From Setoptus koraiensis (taxonomy: Eukaryota > Animalia > Arthropoda), in the NCBI GenBank assembly GCA_048013815.1, contig CM106586.1, forward strand, positions 18,104,001 through 18,168,000: DNA of 64,000 nt, given 5' to 3'. Position 1 is the first letter of the stretch; the number at the start of each line of letters is the position of its first letter. A program made the translations under genes and the position numbers. Shown here piece by piece: positions 42,782-56,135 of the stretch. Under the pieces are notes generated by a model. That model did no database searches and was not told where the DNA came from. It worked only from the letters and a program-made list of their open reading frames with translations.

Positions 42782-45153
42782 TCGGAATAAGTAACAAGCG
42801 AAATGGACCACACTATAGGCTACTACAGTGACAACTGATTAAATAATTGACTTGAACCACACAACTAGTCGCTGGCTTGCCAAATTGTCAGCTAATTGAT
42901 TAGTCAGCTAGTCGCAATTGGAGCACGGCAGCATAAAACAAGCGTCAAGAGCAGCGAAAGCAGCAAAAGCAGCGAAAACAAAAACAAAACAAACTTGACA
43001 GGACCACCGGCTAATTAGGCTAGTTAGTTAGTGTCGACAGTTGTCAGTGGCTTGCTGACTTTGTGTATCCGTCTTATCATTATCATTATTAGTGTTATTA
43101 GTGGAGTAATTACATCAGTCAGCACTCAAGTACAAGTATAAATACGAGTGCAATTGGCAATAATATGATGACATGAAACTCGATGGTGTGAACATTATGA
43201 ATATCGCCACTAATCATTGTGATTAGTTGCGTTTGACAACTAATTGCTCAACAAACTTTGTTGTGTGTCAACAAGTTGCCGCTGCACCACCATGCGACGC
43301 CACTTGAAAATGATATTGCAACTCGCAAATCAAACGCTGCTGCTGCAACTGTGAATTTAAATTGTGGCGCCAACAAGTTGCAGCAATTGGACAATGGCAC
43401 AAATATTGACCAATTTTGCCACTTGGTTGGCAAAATCGAAGGCGTCGGTTGGCCGGTCGCTGCGACCAGTTTTTGCGAATTCGCACGAGCGGCCCAACTG
43501 GACACTGGACACTGGACAGGTGAACGAGGCCCATTGAACAAGCGGCGAGAAAGAGTGGCAAATTGTCAAACATAATAGCATATGTGTGCAGCTATCATCG
43601 TATTTGCAGCGGTGCACACTTGTCAGATTGTGACAGTGAGAGAGCGAGTGTGCAAATTACAGTTACACGAGCGACAAACACGCTGACGTTTGAGCTGTTG
43701 ACATTTGACGGACGCGTCTGACAGGTAGCAGCGCCCAGTATCAATTATCCGGCGTGCGAGTGGCCATTTGACCATTGTGACCACTTGACTGGTTCGCGCG
43801 GCCCGCTGCCGAGTGGACGCGGCCGTCCCGTGCAACTTGAAGCCAAGGTGCCCGCAAAGAGGCAAACTAACGGTTTTGAAAAGCGCTTCGAAGCGCTCAG
43901 AGGGGCGTGCGCGGGGCTGCCCAGCGACAATTGAGCGGACAATTGAGCGACACAACTGACACAAATGATTGACCACTCGTGAATGGCCAGGCATTTTGTG
44001 ACGATACCTGTGATGCTCGCCGTACTTGCGATGCCGGCCGGCCGGCCGGGGCGAGGGCACCCAATCATCGGTGCGGCGCCGACCGGCAACTGTCGACCGG
44101 CGACGGGCCGGTTGACTGACGACGGGCCAGTTGACTTCCGTCGGCGTGGTCACTGTCGGCGGTGGTTGTTGTCGCCAAGGGTGAACTTGCCAGCGTCATT
44201 GGGCCGTCCCGTCAAAGGTGCACCCATGACAATTGCTTATTATCTGCTGACTTGTGCGCCGCTGCTGCGGCTGTCATACGGTTGTGTCACAATGGCCCGG
44301 TGACAACAACCGCATGACGGCCGTTTGTCGCCGGCCGTGCGGACATAGGTCCGGACGGCAATGTCGCAGCGGTAACCATGGCGGCGCAGAGTGGCGCTTG
44401 ATTGAGCGATGAAGCATTCAGGGCGGCCATTTGAGCCATTCGGGCCGCTCGAGCCGCTTGAGCCATTCGAGCGCCCGAGCCGCCCGAAACTGGCGGCCGC
44501 TCTCGCCAACTGACTGGCCGAGTTACCCGATGATTGTTAGTGATGATGATTCTCTGTCACACCACGGCCGTGTCAGCGTCGCCCGAGCATCGAGCGTCCG
44601 ATGTGTTCAAGTGTCCGATCCGATCCGATTTCGAGCCCAATAATCACTGTTGTCAACTGTGCCCAACTGCCCAACAGCTGATCAACAATCGAGTGACCGC
44701 TCGCCCTGATTAGTGACACTGACCGGTCCAGTGCCGGCCCGTCAGGCGGCGGCGGCGGCCAATAACGCGCACCTATGCCACACGAACCTATAATTAGATC
44801 ACATCAAAGCGATCATTAATACGCGACAACGACACGAGAGCGCCATTGTATCATGACCAATGACCACTCATGGCCATGCGACGTGCTTAGCCACCATTAG
44901 CTGCTGCCGCCGCCGCCATTATTGCTATTATTAACCTTGTTCCGGCGCCTAATGATGCCGTGTCTAGCCACCGCGGTGCGCGGCTTGCATTTGGCCGAAT
45001 CGTTGTCGTTGTCGTCGTCGACCCTCGTCGCATTCTTGCCAACGATCTAACGATTCTTGCAAAATCATTCTACAATTATCATTATTGTTATTGTAGCGGG
45101 CCCAATACTTGCACTGGCCAGGGTGCACGGCCCACAATGCACACTGTTCGCGC

Positions 45154-45200
45154 TGCGCGGCGTTGGGTGCACGGTGCGCGGCGTTGGGTGCACGGTGCGC
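45154..45200. repeat. 21-bp tandem repeat, about 2.2 copies
   Basis: TGCGCGGCGTTGGGTGCACGG. Confidence 0.9.
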
Positions 45201-48200
45201 AAGGCGAGGTGCAAGATGCACAGGGTGCCGGCCGTGTGGTTGTTGGGGTGCGCAGGCGCGCGCGCTCACCTGTGTGACCATTAGGAATTTTCGCGCACCA
45301 TATATCACATGGAGCATACATTTGCGTCGTTATAACGACATCGCCGGTGCCGCTCACCGTTGGCCCGCTTTGAGCAGGCGCGACAGGTTGGTGCAGACAG
45401 GTCGGTGCAGGCGGCTCGGTGCAGGCGCACGGTGCAGCCGCAAAAGCAGCCGCACGGTGCAGGCAGACATGACGTGCCATTATGGTGATGGGCATGACGT
45501 AAACATGCCCATTAATAGCGGCATCGCGGCGCGATAATGGTTTTGCTTATAACTTGTGGCATCATTGCTGGCCGCTAATGATGCCACAAGTTATATCATC
45601 ATACAAGTTGCGTAGATGTATTGGGCATACAGACGACAACAAACAAACATTCCAGACAGCGTGCACGGCACCCAACACTCGACAGGTGAATTGTCTGCAC
45701 CATCGTGCACCGTCGTGCACCAATATGCACCGACGCCCGTCATCGGGCAGCGTCGGCTGGACAATTGAGCTTGGGAATGGCGGGTCGAAAGCTCACTGAC
45801 TCGATAATGATGATGACCATAGATCATAGCGCCAGCGAGCGATATGGATATCACCGACAGCGTGACTCATCGCTCGCTGGCAAGACGATTTTTAGCGGCA
45901 TTGGTCTGGCATGCGAGCGGCTTGCGTAATCTGCATACTAGGCACTGTTTGTGGCTGCTTCAATTTTGAATTTGTTTCCATTTTTGCTGATCTTGCTCAA
46001 TGGCTCAGCGCCGTCGGCTGAAAGTGGGCGAATAAGTCAAATGGCAACGACAAGATAATCGTGGCTCCCAATGTGTCGCCTGAGACAAATGCACCGCATT
46101 GAGATGTAGAGCCTGTTGAGTGGATAATACAGTGGATAATTCATTTACACACGACATGACAAATGGGCTGTTGATATGTGTCTGGCAAATGAACGCAAAT
46201 CAAATGTTGTTGTCGTTCATCGTCGTCGAAAGATGATCGTATCAGATTGGATTGCGATGTAGTCGCAATGTATCCATGTTGCGATGAGACGACGACCACT
46301 AAGTAGTGCCAATGACTCTTGTTTGTAATTGCTACAGTCTGTCTGTTTCCATTTGTATTCGTCGTTGTATGTTGGCCCATGTTGGCCGATATACGACGAC
46401 CATATACATGTAATATGGCTGCGGCGTTTGTGCCGGCTGCTTGTGGTAGCTGCAAGTGATAGGCTAAACTTGATGAAAAAATTTTCAAACATTTCAATTA
46501 ATTCGCTGCTGGCCGACATAATGCCTGGGATGCAAAAATGCTGCACACATTTTTGGATAATGTCACATTTTTACTGTCGGCCGGCCGGCTAATCAAGCAC
46601 GACAAGAATGCTACCTGAGAGTGGCCACTGAGATTCGAATGTGGCCACGATAGTATTCACAACAGCAACTACAACAGCAACAACAACAACGCCAGCAACA
46701 CCGGCACCAACAACCACCGCAACAACCGCCACAACAACCACCGCCACAACAACCGCGACATGTGCAAGTGCATTAAAGAGAGACTCACTCAATTAACAGA
46801 GATCTCAATCAATGGCGACCAATGGTCACTCATCCAGTTGCTCACAGTTGCGGCCGTGATGATCTAATGACCGTTATCCACGTCTGGTTGGCGTGCTTGG
46901 TCTGTACAAAAGCAGCAGCAGCAGCGAGTCTCTAAATTAGATTTATCCAGATATATCATTTGCCAGATTGTACAGTATATCGACGACGATTGTACTGACA
47001 GACGATCGATACGTTGTAGCAATACGTTGTAGACGCTGCTGCCCATAAGCCGCATGAGCCGCATAATGTGAGCAAATGGCGCGCGCGCTATCATTAAATA
47101 ATCTTAAATCATAAACAAGATTAATCATGATTAGAGAGAGCGATTAGAGGAATGAGAAATGATCGTGCCTCGTCCCTCTAATCTCTCGCTAATGTAATTA
47201 ACAGCGTAATCATTTAATAGCATAGCTTACAGCCTGACGGACAGGTTTGCACAGGTGAGCGCGCGCGATAGGACGATGATTGTTTCATCATGAGACTGAT
47301 TAGTTTTATCAGTCAGCGTTGGCTGGAGCTGTAGTTGCAGCTCACACACAGTCGGGCTATTTCGGATATATACTGGATATATATTATAATATATATGTAT
47401 TAGTATTTATCCACTTTATAGTATACATAGTGTACATAGCGAAGTAAACACTGTGATGGAATGCGTCGTCAAGTGTCACTTTTAATGTTTTTCCAGCGGA
47501 CCTGGCGCCCGGCCGGCAGATGGCGCTGGCCGGGCATCACCGGCCCAGTGTGTGCAATCGCGAATCGCAACTTGCAACTTGCAGTGGCCGGCCGGCCACT
47601 GTTACGCAACAACCACTGTAACAACAATGATCAGCTAAGTAAATGTTGTTGTTTGGCGGAGGTTATTACGCAAATTAGATAACAACAAGATTGCATAAGT
47701 TAAGTGAGGTAATTGATTTGGCTGGCTGGCTGGCTGGCTGGCCGGCGAGCGAGAGAGGCAGCGCATAATTAAGCGCTTGTGGTAGCCAGTTGTTGCTATA
47801 GGTTGCTGTTGGCTGTCGGCTGTTGGCCGGTGGTTGCTGCTCAGTGGTCGCCGTCGTGAACAGCATCTGAGATGAGCGAGCCACGATAAGCACAACAAAT
47901 AAACATTGGCTCGACTTGTTTTGGTTGGGTTGTTGTTGCTGCTGTTGTTGTTGTTGTGTCGAAACAAGCCACTTGTGACTAGCTGATTGAGCTGTGAGCG
48001 CACCGTGTGTCGCACGGAGGCGAGCAAAGTCGGCCACAGGTGAGACAGGTGATATAATCGCCGGGCTTGTGTGTTGTGAGGACAACTTTTGACTGCAGAC
48101 TCGACGGGCACAAGCTGTCAACTGTTGCCGGGCAACTGCGCCGACACTGCACCGCCGACTGCACCGCCGGCTGCACCGACAACCGCACCGACAACTGCAC

Positions 48201-48230
48201 CGACAGCCGCAACTGCGACCGCATCGATAG

Positions 48231-48284
48231 GCGACAGCCGCAACCGCTCCGATGGGCGACAGCCGCAACCGCTCCGATGGGCGA
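48231..48284. repeat. 25-bp tandem duplication at the end of a degenerate 12-bp array (from about 48140)
   Basis: GCGACAGCCGCAACCGCTCCGATGG twice. Confidence 0.88.
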
Positions 48285-48824
48285 TAGGCGCGCCAACAGC
48301 AACAAGTGCTCGAGTCGATCGGTATCGGTGCCGGCCGGCCGGCCGGCCGGCACAGTAGCGATCGCATAATTTAAATGCTGACGGTGCCGATAGTGGTAAT
48401 GGCGATGGTGGCGATTACATTATCCAGCCATTGCGTTGTCCAGCCATCGCGTTGTCCAGCCATTGCGCTGTCCAGCGCCGGCCATCGAGTGTGGCGCTTC
48501 GACGGCGAAACACTATGGAATTGGCGTGGAGACGCGCTGCAACTTGCGAGCGACTCATTCTGCTCTCTGCGGTGCCACTCTTGTCGCGGCGGTTGCTGCA
48601 CCGAGTGGCCGCACCGAGCGGCCGGCAGCGACGAGAATGCGCGCCTATTCATAAGGCCCGAGCGAGTGGAGGCGGCCGCGCGGTCAGTGGGCAGTGGCAG
48701 CTAATCAATTTAATAGAAATGTTGTTGATTATCTCTGATTAGCATCTCTGGCCGCATACGCACCACACATACGCCAAACCACCGCATACGGTTTGCGTAT
48801 GCAGCCCTGAGTACATCTCTATCA

Positions 48825-48874
48825 GGCTCTGTCGGGCTCTGTCGGGCTCTGTCGGGCTCTGTCGGGCTCTGCCG
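48825..48874. repeat. 10-bp tandem array (GGCTCTGTCG), 5 copies
   Basis: Read directly. Confidence 0.93.
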
Positions 48875-50563
48875 GGCAAACACGGCGACTTCATGACTTG
48901 TCTTATCTGGCAACCTCGTCGTTATGAATCTATCGACTGGCCGGCTGGCAAACAAGCGGCCAGCCACGGTCAACAGGTTGCTGCTGCCAGCAACTGAGCT
49001 CAACTGACACTCCGGCCAAACTGACACAAACGCAGCGACATACTAAACTGACAACTAACTAACTGGTCAGCAATGAGCAATTTGGCAGCACTTGCCGCCG
49101 ATTTGGTGCACAGTCGCATTCTAGCGCCATTTGTCCATTTGTCCGTGTGCCCATTTGCCCGTTCGCCCGTTCGCCCGTTTGTCCATCTTTCATTCGGCGT
49201 CTCATCTCGCCTCCAGATCTCGCCCTCATATCTGAATATCTGACCATCTCACTGTGTGACTATCGCACCATCTGACTCGGCTGGCTCGTAGCGCTTGTTG
49301 CGCCGGTTGCGCTTATTGCGGCCGCTCTCAACTGGCCGCTGTCGGCCCGTACCCGAGCCCAGCGTCGTGCCCAGCGTCGTGCCCTATTATCTGGCCGACG
49401 TGATCTCGGCCGCCGCCGTTGCATACTGTTCACCCGCTGGCTCGTTCACAGCGCTTGTGCGAGGGCGTCCCGCGGTCACTGCGGGCCCCGCCGACACCCC
49501 GCGCAGGTGGGCCTCTGCCGGGCGTCAGCTGGTCGCTGTGCCGGACAGTGGACGCTCGAGGCAGCGGCGCACAATCGGGCCAGCGGCGCACACTTGACTG
49601 AGCTGCGCCAGACGGCCCGATCCCGGGCGGCGGCCGGCCGGGCACCCGCCAACAGCCGCTCAGCGCTCGTATCCAATGGCCTCGGTCACACAGCCACTGG
49701 GCAACGATGTGACGCGCCGCGATGTGTCCGCGACCATCGAGACACACACGTCAAGCCAGAGATATAAATAATATCAATGATTTATTGCCACCGATGGCAT
49801 TGCGACTGAGGCATTTTAATTGCGAGTTATCGCAAATCTTTCTGTGTCTCGGTGTCGCAATCTACATATACACTCACATATTTACGATGCGATGTGTGAT
49901 TTGCGATGTGATGTGTGATTTGCGCCTTCCATGAGATGTCGCAACAACATGCTGCCAGCTCGTCGCCGAGATGTGTCGTCGTCTGTTGGCGCATACGTGA
50001 TGGCAGCCGAACTAAACCAGAAATAATTATTGAATTATCAAGCTATTATGTCATCATGTGATCGTAGGCACAAAGTAGGCGCAAAGTATTTGGCTACTGT
50101 CAGCGTTTAATTTTGCTGTTGTTGTTGCCAGTGGCAACGATATACCAATGGCAGCCAAATTGCGGCAAGGCTGACTTGTTGGAAGCGTCACTCATTAGCT
50201 AAATTGAGTCAGCTCATTGGTGCAGTTTTTGGGACAGCTCACAGTGAGTGTCGGTGATACAAACTGTTCGCTCGTATGCATATTGTAATCAATTAGGCGA
50301 CTAGTTTGCATGTAACCCATGCATCACTTTCGACATGCTAGATATATAATAGATATACAACTAGATATCCAGCTGGATATGCAAAATGGTTGGCATGAGC
50401 GGAGCGGCCAATTAGCGCCCTGTTTGTCACAACAAACGCGCTGTTACGCAACACGATCTGTTGGCACGATTGATTTGCGTTTGCGTTTGCTTTTGCTTTT
50501 GCGTTTCGACCCTTCGGGCACGCCACCGATCGCGACATCCATCTATCGGCGCTCGTTGGCAGC

Positions 50564-50661
50564 ACTGCCAACCGTCAACTATCGACTGTCGACTGTCAAC
50601 TGTCGACTGTCAACTATCGACTGTCAACTGTCAACTAACGACTGCCGACTGCCAACTGTCA
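50564..50661. repeat. 7-bp tandem array (ACTGTCR consensus), 14 copies
   Basis: Read directly. Confidence 0.9.
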
Positions 50662-52314
50662 ATGGCCGGACGTAGAAGCAGCAGTCGGCCGCTAGTGGCC
50701 AGTAGTCGTCAACTGTCAAACAGCAACAGCTGACTATGATAGTGTCAGTTAATAACGGTGCAATATCTGCCTTTTGGTCTGCAATCAGTCAGTGTTTCTG
50801 GTAGCTGGTGGCTCGCTCTCGTGTGGCTGCTCATGTATTATGTTTGTGGTGTTGGTACGTCATCTCATTGATCATTGGCGTGATTGATTGGCCGTTGGTC
50901 GTTATTGTGATTAATGTGAATTGTTGTTGTTTGCCTGATTATAGCACCACAACCACAATCACAATCATCAACGCTGGTGCCAGTGAACAGGACAAATGGA
51001 CCAACGAACGTGCCACTTGCTCGGCCACAACAACTGGCCATTGTGTTGGCGACGGCGCGCACAACAAGTTTGATTCAAGCCCAACTCGCGATCTAACCCG
51101 CGATCTGGCAACAACCGCAACAACAGCGACAACAACCACGCCAACGACAGCGCCAACAACAGCAACAACCACGCCAACGACTGCAGCGGCCAGTAGACAA
51201 TTTGCGACGGGCAAATGGATGAAATGGATAAAATGGCAAAACAAGCCGCGCGGTGGCAGACGCGGCAGAAGAATGGAAGCGGCAGCAAGTGGATTGATTT
51301 GATTTAACAAATCACAACAGTCAATGATCAACTTGTTGCCAATCTCGCCATGGCCGTCGTTGCTGGCGCTTGAGTGAGTTTATAGGCGATAAACTCGCAA
51401 GTGTATGCTCACCTGAGCCGCTCAGGTGACTTGCAAGTTGGACAAGTTGCCCTCGAGTGTGTCGATGCCGGCGTGAGCAGTTGTGCGTAACAAGGCTCAC
51501 ACACCGAGAGGCTCTCTCTCTGCGCACACAAACAGGGAGCACAAAGAGAAGCAACAACAAATTAGATACACCTAATAACTAACTAATCAGTGAGAATCAA
51601 TCAATCATAATCTAATCACAAATCTAACAGCTTCTTCTGCGCCTCGTTGGCTGCTCGTCGCTTCTCTCGGCTGGCTCCAATCGCTGGCTCGATAATTGCA
51701 AATCAACAATCGCCGGCCACTTGCATATTCACGGCGCGCATTGTTGTTGCTGCCGGCGCTGTTGTTGTTGTCGTTGTTGTTGCTGTTGCTGCTGTTGCTG
51801 CTGTTGTTGCTGTTGTTGCTACTGGTGTCGCTGTTGTTGCTGCTGGTGCGAGTGAGCGAGTGAGCCGGTGAGCCGGTGAGCCGCGGCCGAGATCGGATGG
51901 TCAGTCTGGCTGCACGCACATTCAAAAGAACAACAACAACAGCTGATTATTGTTATTAATTTGATAATCAAATGATCATCGACGGTTAGCCACTGGCCGG
52001 CAGCGCATTAGCGACTCGCAACGACAAAGCAGCGCAACCACCATGACCTGTGCCCATTGTGTGCCGCGTCCATCGCCAATCGCCAGATGATAACAATAAT
52101 TCCATGCTCAATCTTGGATGTTCAATGTTGTTTGCGCGATTCATCATTGCAAATGGCGTCGTTGTCGCTGTTGTTGTCGCTGTTGTTGTTGTCGCTGTCG
52201 CTGTTGTTGTTGTCGCTGCTGCTGCTGCTGGCACGAAAGTGCTCAATTGAAAAGTCACTCCAGTGCAATTGGCAGCGGCTCGTCACATTTGAGCACTGCG
52301 CCACCGGCACCAGC

Positions 52315-52367
52315 AGTGGTCAGCGGCCAGAGTGGTCGGCGGCCAGAGTGGTCAGCGGCCAGAGTGG
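52315..52367. repeat. 16-bp tandem array (AGTGGTCRGCGGCCAG), 3 copies plus partial
   Basis: Read directly. Confidence 0.9.
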
Positions 52368-52441
52368 CCAGAGCACAACAATTCGAGTGGCGATTGTTGC
52401 TGCAAACGGTGGCGGTTCATTCATTGTTGGCCCCGCTCATG

Positions 52442-52521
52442 CCGATAGCCGGTGCCCAGTGCGATAGCCGGTGCTCGATGCGATAGCCGGTGCTCAATGC
52501 GATGGCCGGTGCCCAATGCGA
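52442..52521. repeat. 19-bp tandem array (GCGATAGCCGGTGCYCAAT consensus), 4 copies
   Basis: Read directly. Confidence 0.9.
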
Positions 52522-53344
52522 GCAATTTAAACTTTGATTCTTTCGAATATCATCTGCTGGCAGCGGGCACACACAATAAATATTATATACGGTGCGTTCG
52601 GTGTTGTTGTTGGCCTGACAGCCAGAGGACAGAGGCCAAACGCCAACGAGCACGAGACGGCTCGACGGAGCCGAGCGGCAGGTAATTTTGTGACACATAC
52701 CAGAGCGCATGTTTGCGTGTCGCTAATGATGATCGGGCCTGGCCGGTGGCGCCGTTTGGCCCGTCATTATCGGACGTGGCCGGCAAAATGACGCGCCTCA
52801 CATACATTATACGTTATCATTATTGGTCCAGTTTGTTTATTATCATACGTTGAGTGGATGCGCCGGCGAGCGGGCGAGCGGCGCAAAGTGGCCACTGTCG
52901 AAAAAGCTATTTCAAGAATTGATTAGCGCGGCCAATTGAAATTCCGATTGAAACTGGCGAGTTGGTGCCAATATGAAGTTTGTTGTCGTGCCAGTTGTTG
53001 TGCCAGCATCGTCAGAGGGCATTCTCGTCGAGAATTTCGCGAGACGCTCGGCGCGAATTTGTCGCACTTGTCAGACGCACTTGCTACTAACAAGTTGTTA
53101 GAGACGGTCGCGCGGACACAATCGGCGCGCGGACACAATCGGCGCGACGGCGCAAGTGCTGTCAAGACGAGTCGGGCTCGTCGATGGGACCTCGCCCACC
53201 GCTCGCCAGCAAGCTCTTTCTTCGTGGCCAAATATCAGCAGCCAGCCTGGCAGATATTTGACTGGTATCAAGCACCGCAGCCTGACAATATCGCTTCGCT
53301 CGGCTTGGCCCGGCTCACCTGAGCAGGCGACGCCCTTGCCGGCT

Positions 53345-53409
53345 CTCACCTGAGCATCTCACCTGAGCATCTCACCTGAGCGTCTCACCTGAGCGTCTCA
53401 CCTGAGCAG
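53345..53409. repeat. 13-bp tandem array (CTCACCTGAGCRT), 5 copies, each with a CACCTG E-box
   Basis: Read directly; a sixth copy at 53314 and two CAGCTG follow the array. Confidence 0.93.
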
Positions 53410-55586
53410 CTGAGCAGCTGAGCAGTGTCAAGAGTGGGTGATCTGCAGTGTGCAGTGTGCAGACAGACGAGGCAACAATGTAAACTTTCGAGTGTCATTA
53501 TGATGTCAGTTGGGCGAGCGCAAGTGCGCCCGTCAGACTGCGACGGTCAGACTCTGACCGTCAGAGGCACCCAGTTGGGGCATTATCGCCGCTCGGGCCG
53601 CTCTGTTGGCGGCCAGATATGGGGCTGCTGCGATTATTTGCGCGTCACACGCTGCTATATCGACGCCGTACGCAACAAGTGATGGACGCTCACTTAAAAA
53701 TTGTTAGTAACAATCGCCGACAACAACCGACCGACTAGAGAGAGAGATCGCTCCAGTTGCCCGAGTCGCTCCTGTCAAGCGCATGCTTGTCGTTATCAAC
53801 TGGTCACCATCTTGTTGTTGTTCAGCGGTCGTCGTTATTGCATCATTGCTATTACTACTATCACCAATATTATTGCCATTATTATTACTATTATCATTAC
53901 TATCACCAGTATTGTTGTTATCGTCGTTGCGTAATCAAGTTGCGTGACACTTTGTGTGAGTGCGGTCAGCTTGTGGCTGGCGTGGCCCGGTCAGCTCACC
54001 TGTCTGGTGGTGGCGTTTGTCTGTGGTGTGGCCTGTTTATCATTTAATTGGGTGCGCACGCAACTCATCTGCCCGTCGATGTGGCAACAACCGAAATGCC
54101 GGTCACCGCAACAATGATTGGCCAATTGCCTCTATCCAAATCGATGCCACGCCATGCGATGCCATGCGATCACCTGTCCGCTGGCCCTCTGTTCACTGGG
54201 CCGGCACTCGCAATAGTTTGAATTCAACAGCAGCACCAATTTGACTTCAAATTCAAATTTAAATTCAAATTTAAATCATATTAAAAAAATAAAATATCCA
54301 AATTTACATTGTGAGATACATTTAACAATGGCAAGCAGCCATTGGTGGCGAACAATCGATCGCGTGGCACTCGCTATTGGCGGCCAACTGGCACCACCGA
54401 CGCTATTGGCGGCCAACTGGCACCACAACACTTGCCAACGCTGACACCAACAACAACAATAATTGTAATGCAATTAACCAATGACGTAATGACGTAATGA
54501 CGCAATGATGGAGCGATGCAACGATGATGGTGGTCATCAATTTGCCCACTGCTTGTGCCCGCTTAATTGGTCAGGCGCCAAATAAAAGCATGCAATCGAG
54601 CGGCGAGCGGGCCTTGCACTCAATGACCATGTGTGAGATTATAACGAGATTACATAACAGCGGCCACAACAATGCACAACAATAAATAATAATAATAATA
54701 ACAAGAAGCTCTAATTAATTGAGGCAACCACTCGGCCCGCAACACACGGCCACTGACAAAGTGTCAGTGGCTGTCTGACCCGAGGCCCGATTTGCGAGCA
54801 ACACTGTTGGCCAGAGAGAGAGAGAGAGATTATTTTCTCTGTCTTACTTAATTAGTTTAGCCAGGCAAAGGAATTGTTGGCTCCAGTTGAAACGTCCTCG
54901 CTGCCGCCCGTGAGCCGGCACCAGGCCGGCGCTAATCGGCACTCAGCTGAGATTTGGCGCTCAGCTTGTTTCGCTCGTTGCTGGCCGTTGAGCTGGCCCC
55001 AATTCCCGAACCTGGCCAACCTGGCCAAACTGGCCAAACCGGCATGCCGGCCAAGCTCCATGTGCCGGGCCGTTGCGTTGGCCGGCCGGCCGGCCGGCAC
55101 GCACGAAACAAATCAGCCTGGAATCGGGGATTATCGCCACCATTATTGCAATTTGCTCTATTTGTTAGTATGCCTATTATGTTAATTAAATCATATTAGC
55201 ACTTGTTGAAAAAAATTTCCCAAATTTCCCTCTCTCGTCTCATTTTGGCAGTCGGTGTGCGCTGTCAGTTGGCTGCTGGCTGCTGGGGCAAGTGGGCAGC
55301 GTTACCTGCAGCAGCAGCAGCCGCAGTGCGGTCAATTGCGGAGACGCGCGATGACGCAATAAGCAAGCGCTTATTTTTAAGTAGCTCGCTTGATACGCAA
55401 TCTAGTGCAAGCTCAGGTTGCAATTGGCTGCAACTCGGCCCAATGCGACAGCCACCGAGATGCTAATTCAATCAAGGCTTCTCTATCTAGTTGCTGTAAT
55501 ACTTGCTCTGTGCAACCATGAGAACGCAACAAATTCCTCGGCCGTCTTATTAGATTAATTCTTTACACTAATCACAACAACTCGTC

Positions 55587-55588
<2 letters not shown>

Positions 55589-55638
<50 letters not shown>
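55589..55638. repeat. (CA)25 microsatellite
   Basis: Read directly. Confidence 0.96.
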
Positions 55639-55641
<3 letters not shown>

Positions 55642-56103
55642 TAATGCAATAGCGCTATTCCAATCAAGCGGAGAACAACAGGTGAGTAGACAGGCGCAAG
55701 CAGACGGGCGGGCTCACGAGCGAGTCGGGCCGGACCGGAGCGCACAAGCGACAGGTAATGGCGAGCTATGTTACGCAGTCCATGTTACGTCGTCCATGTT
55801 ACGTCGTCTATGTAAGCCAGCCAGACGGACTCTTGACAAATTATCATTATTGTTGTTATTGTTATCCGCTGGTGATTATAGGCTGACCTCGGGCACGCAA
55901 GCTCATAGACATGGGCACATTGGTACTTTGACCTATATGGTCAGCTTATGAGCGAGCCAGCCAGGCGACCAGCCAACAATGGGTAACCTGATATAAACAC
56001 AATTGATCAATTGGGCCGATTGCAGCAAGCGACTGGGCATCAAATCTCAATGTAACGGCCACAAGATACAGGTAAGGTGAGACGCAGAATGCTGCACAGA
56101 TTA

Positions 56104-56135
<32 letters not shown>

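Noticed and set aside
46141-46592. Three overlapping 87-118-aa ORFs, and similar ones at 58.3-59.1 and 60.2-60.5 kb
   Set aside because: No recognisable domain or consistent splice sites; cannot be told from chance without RNA data.
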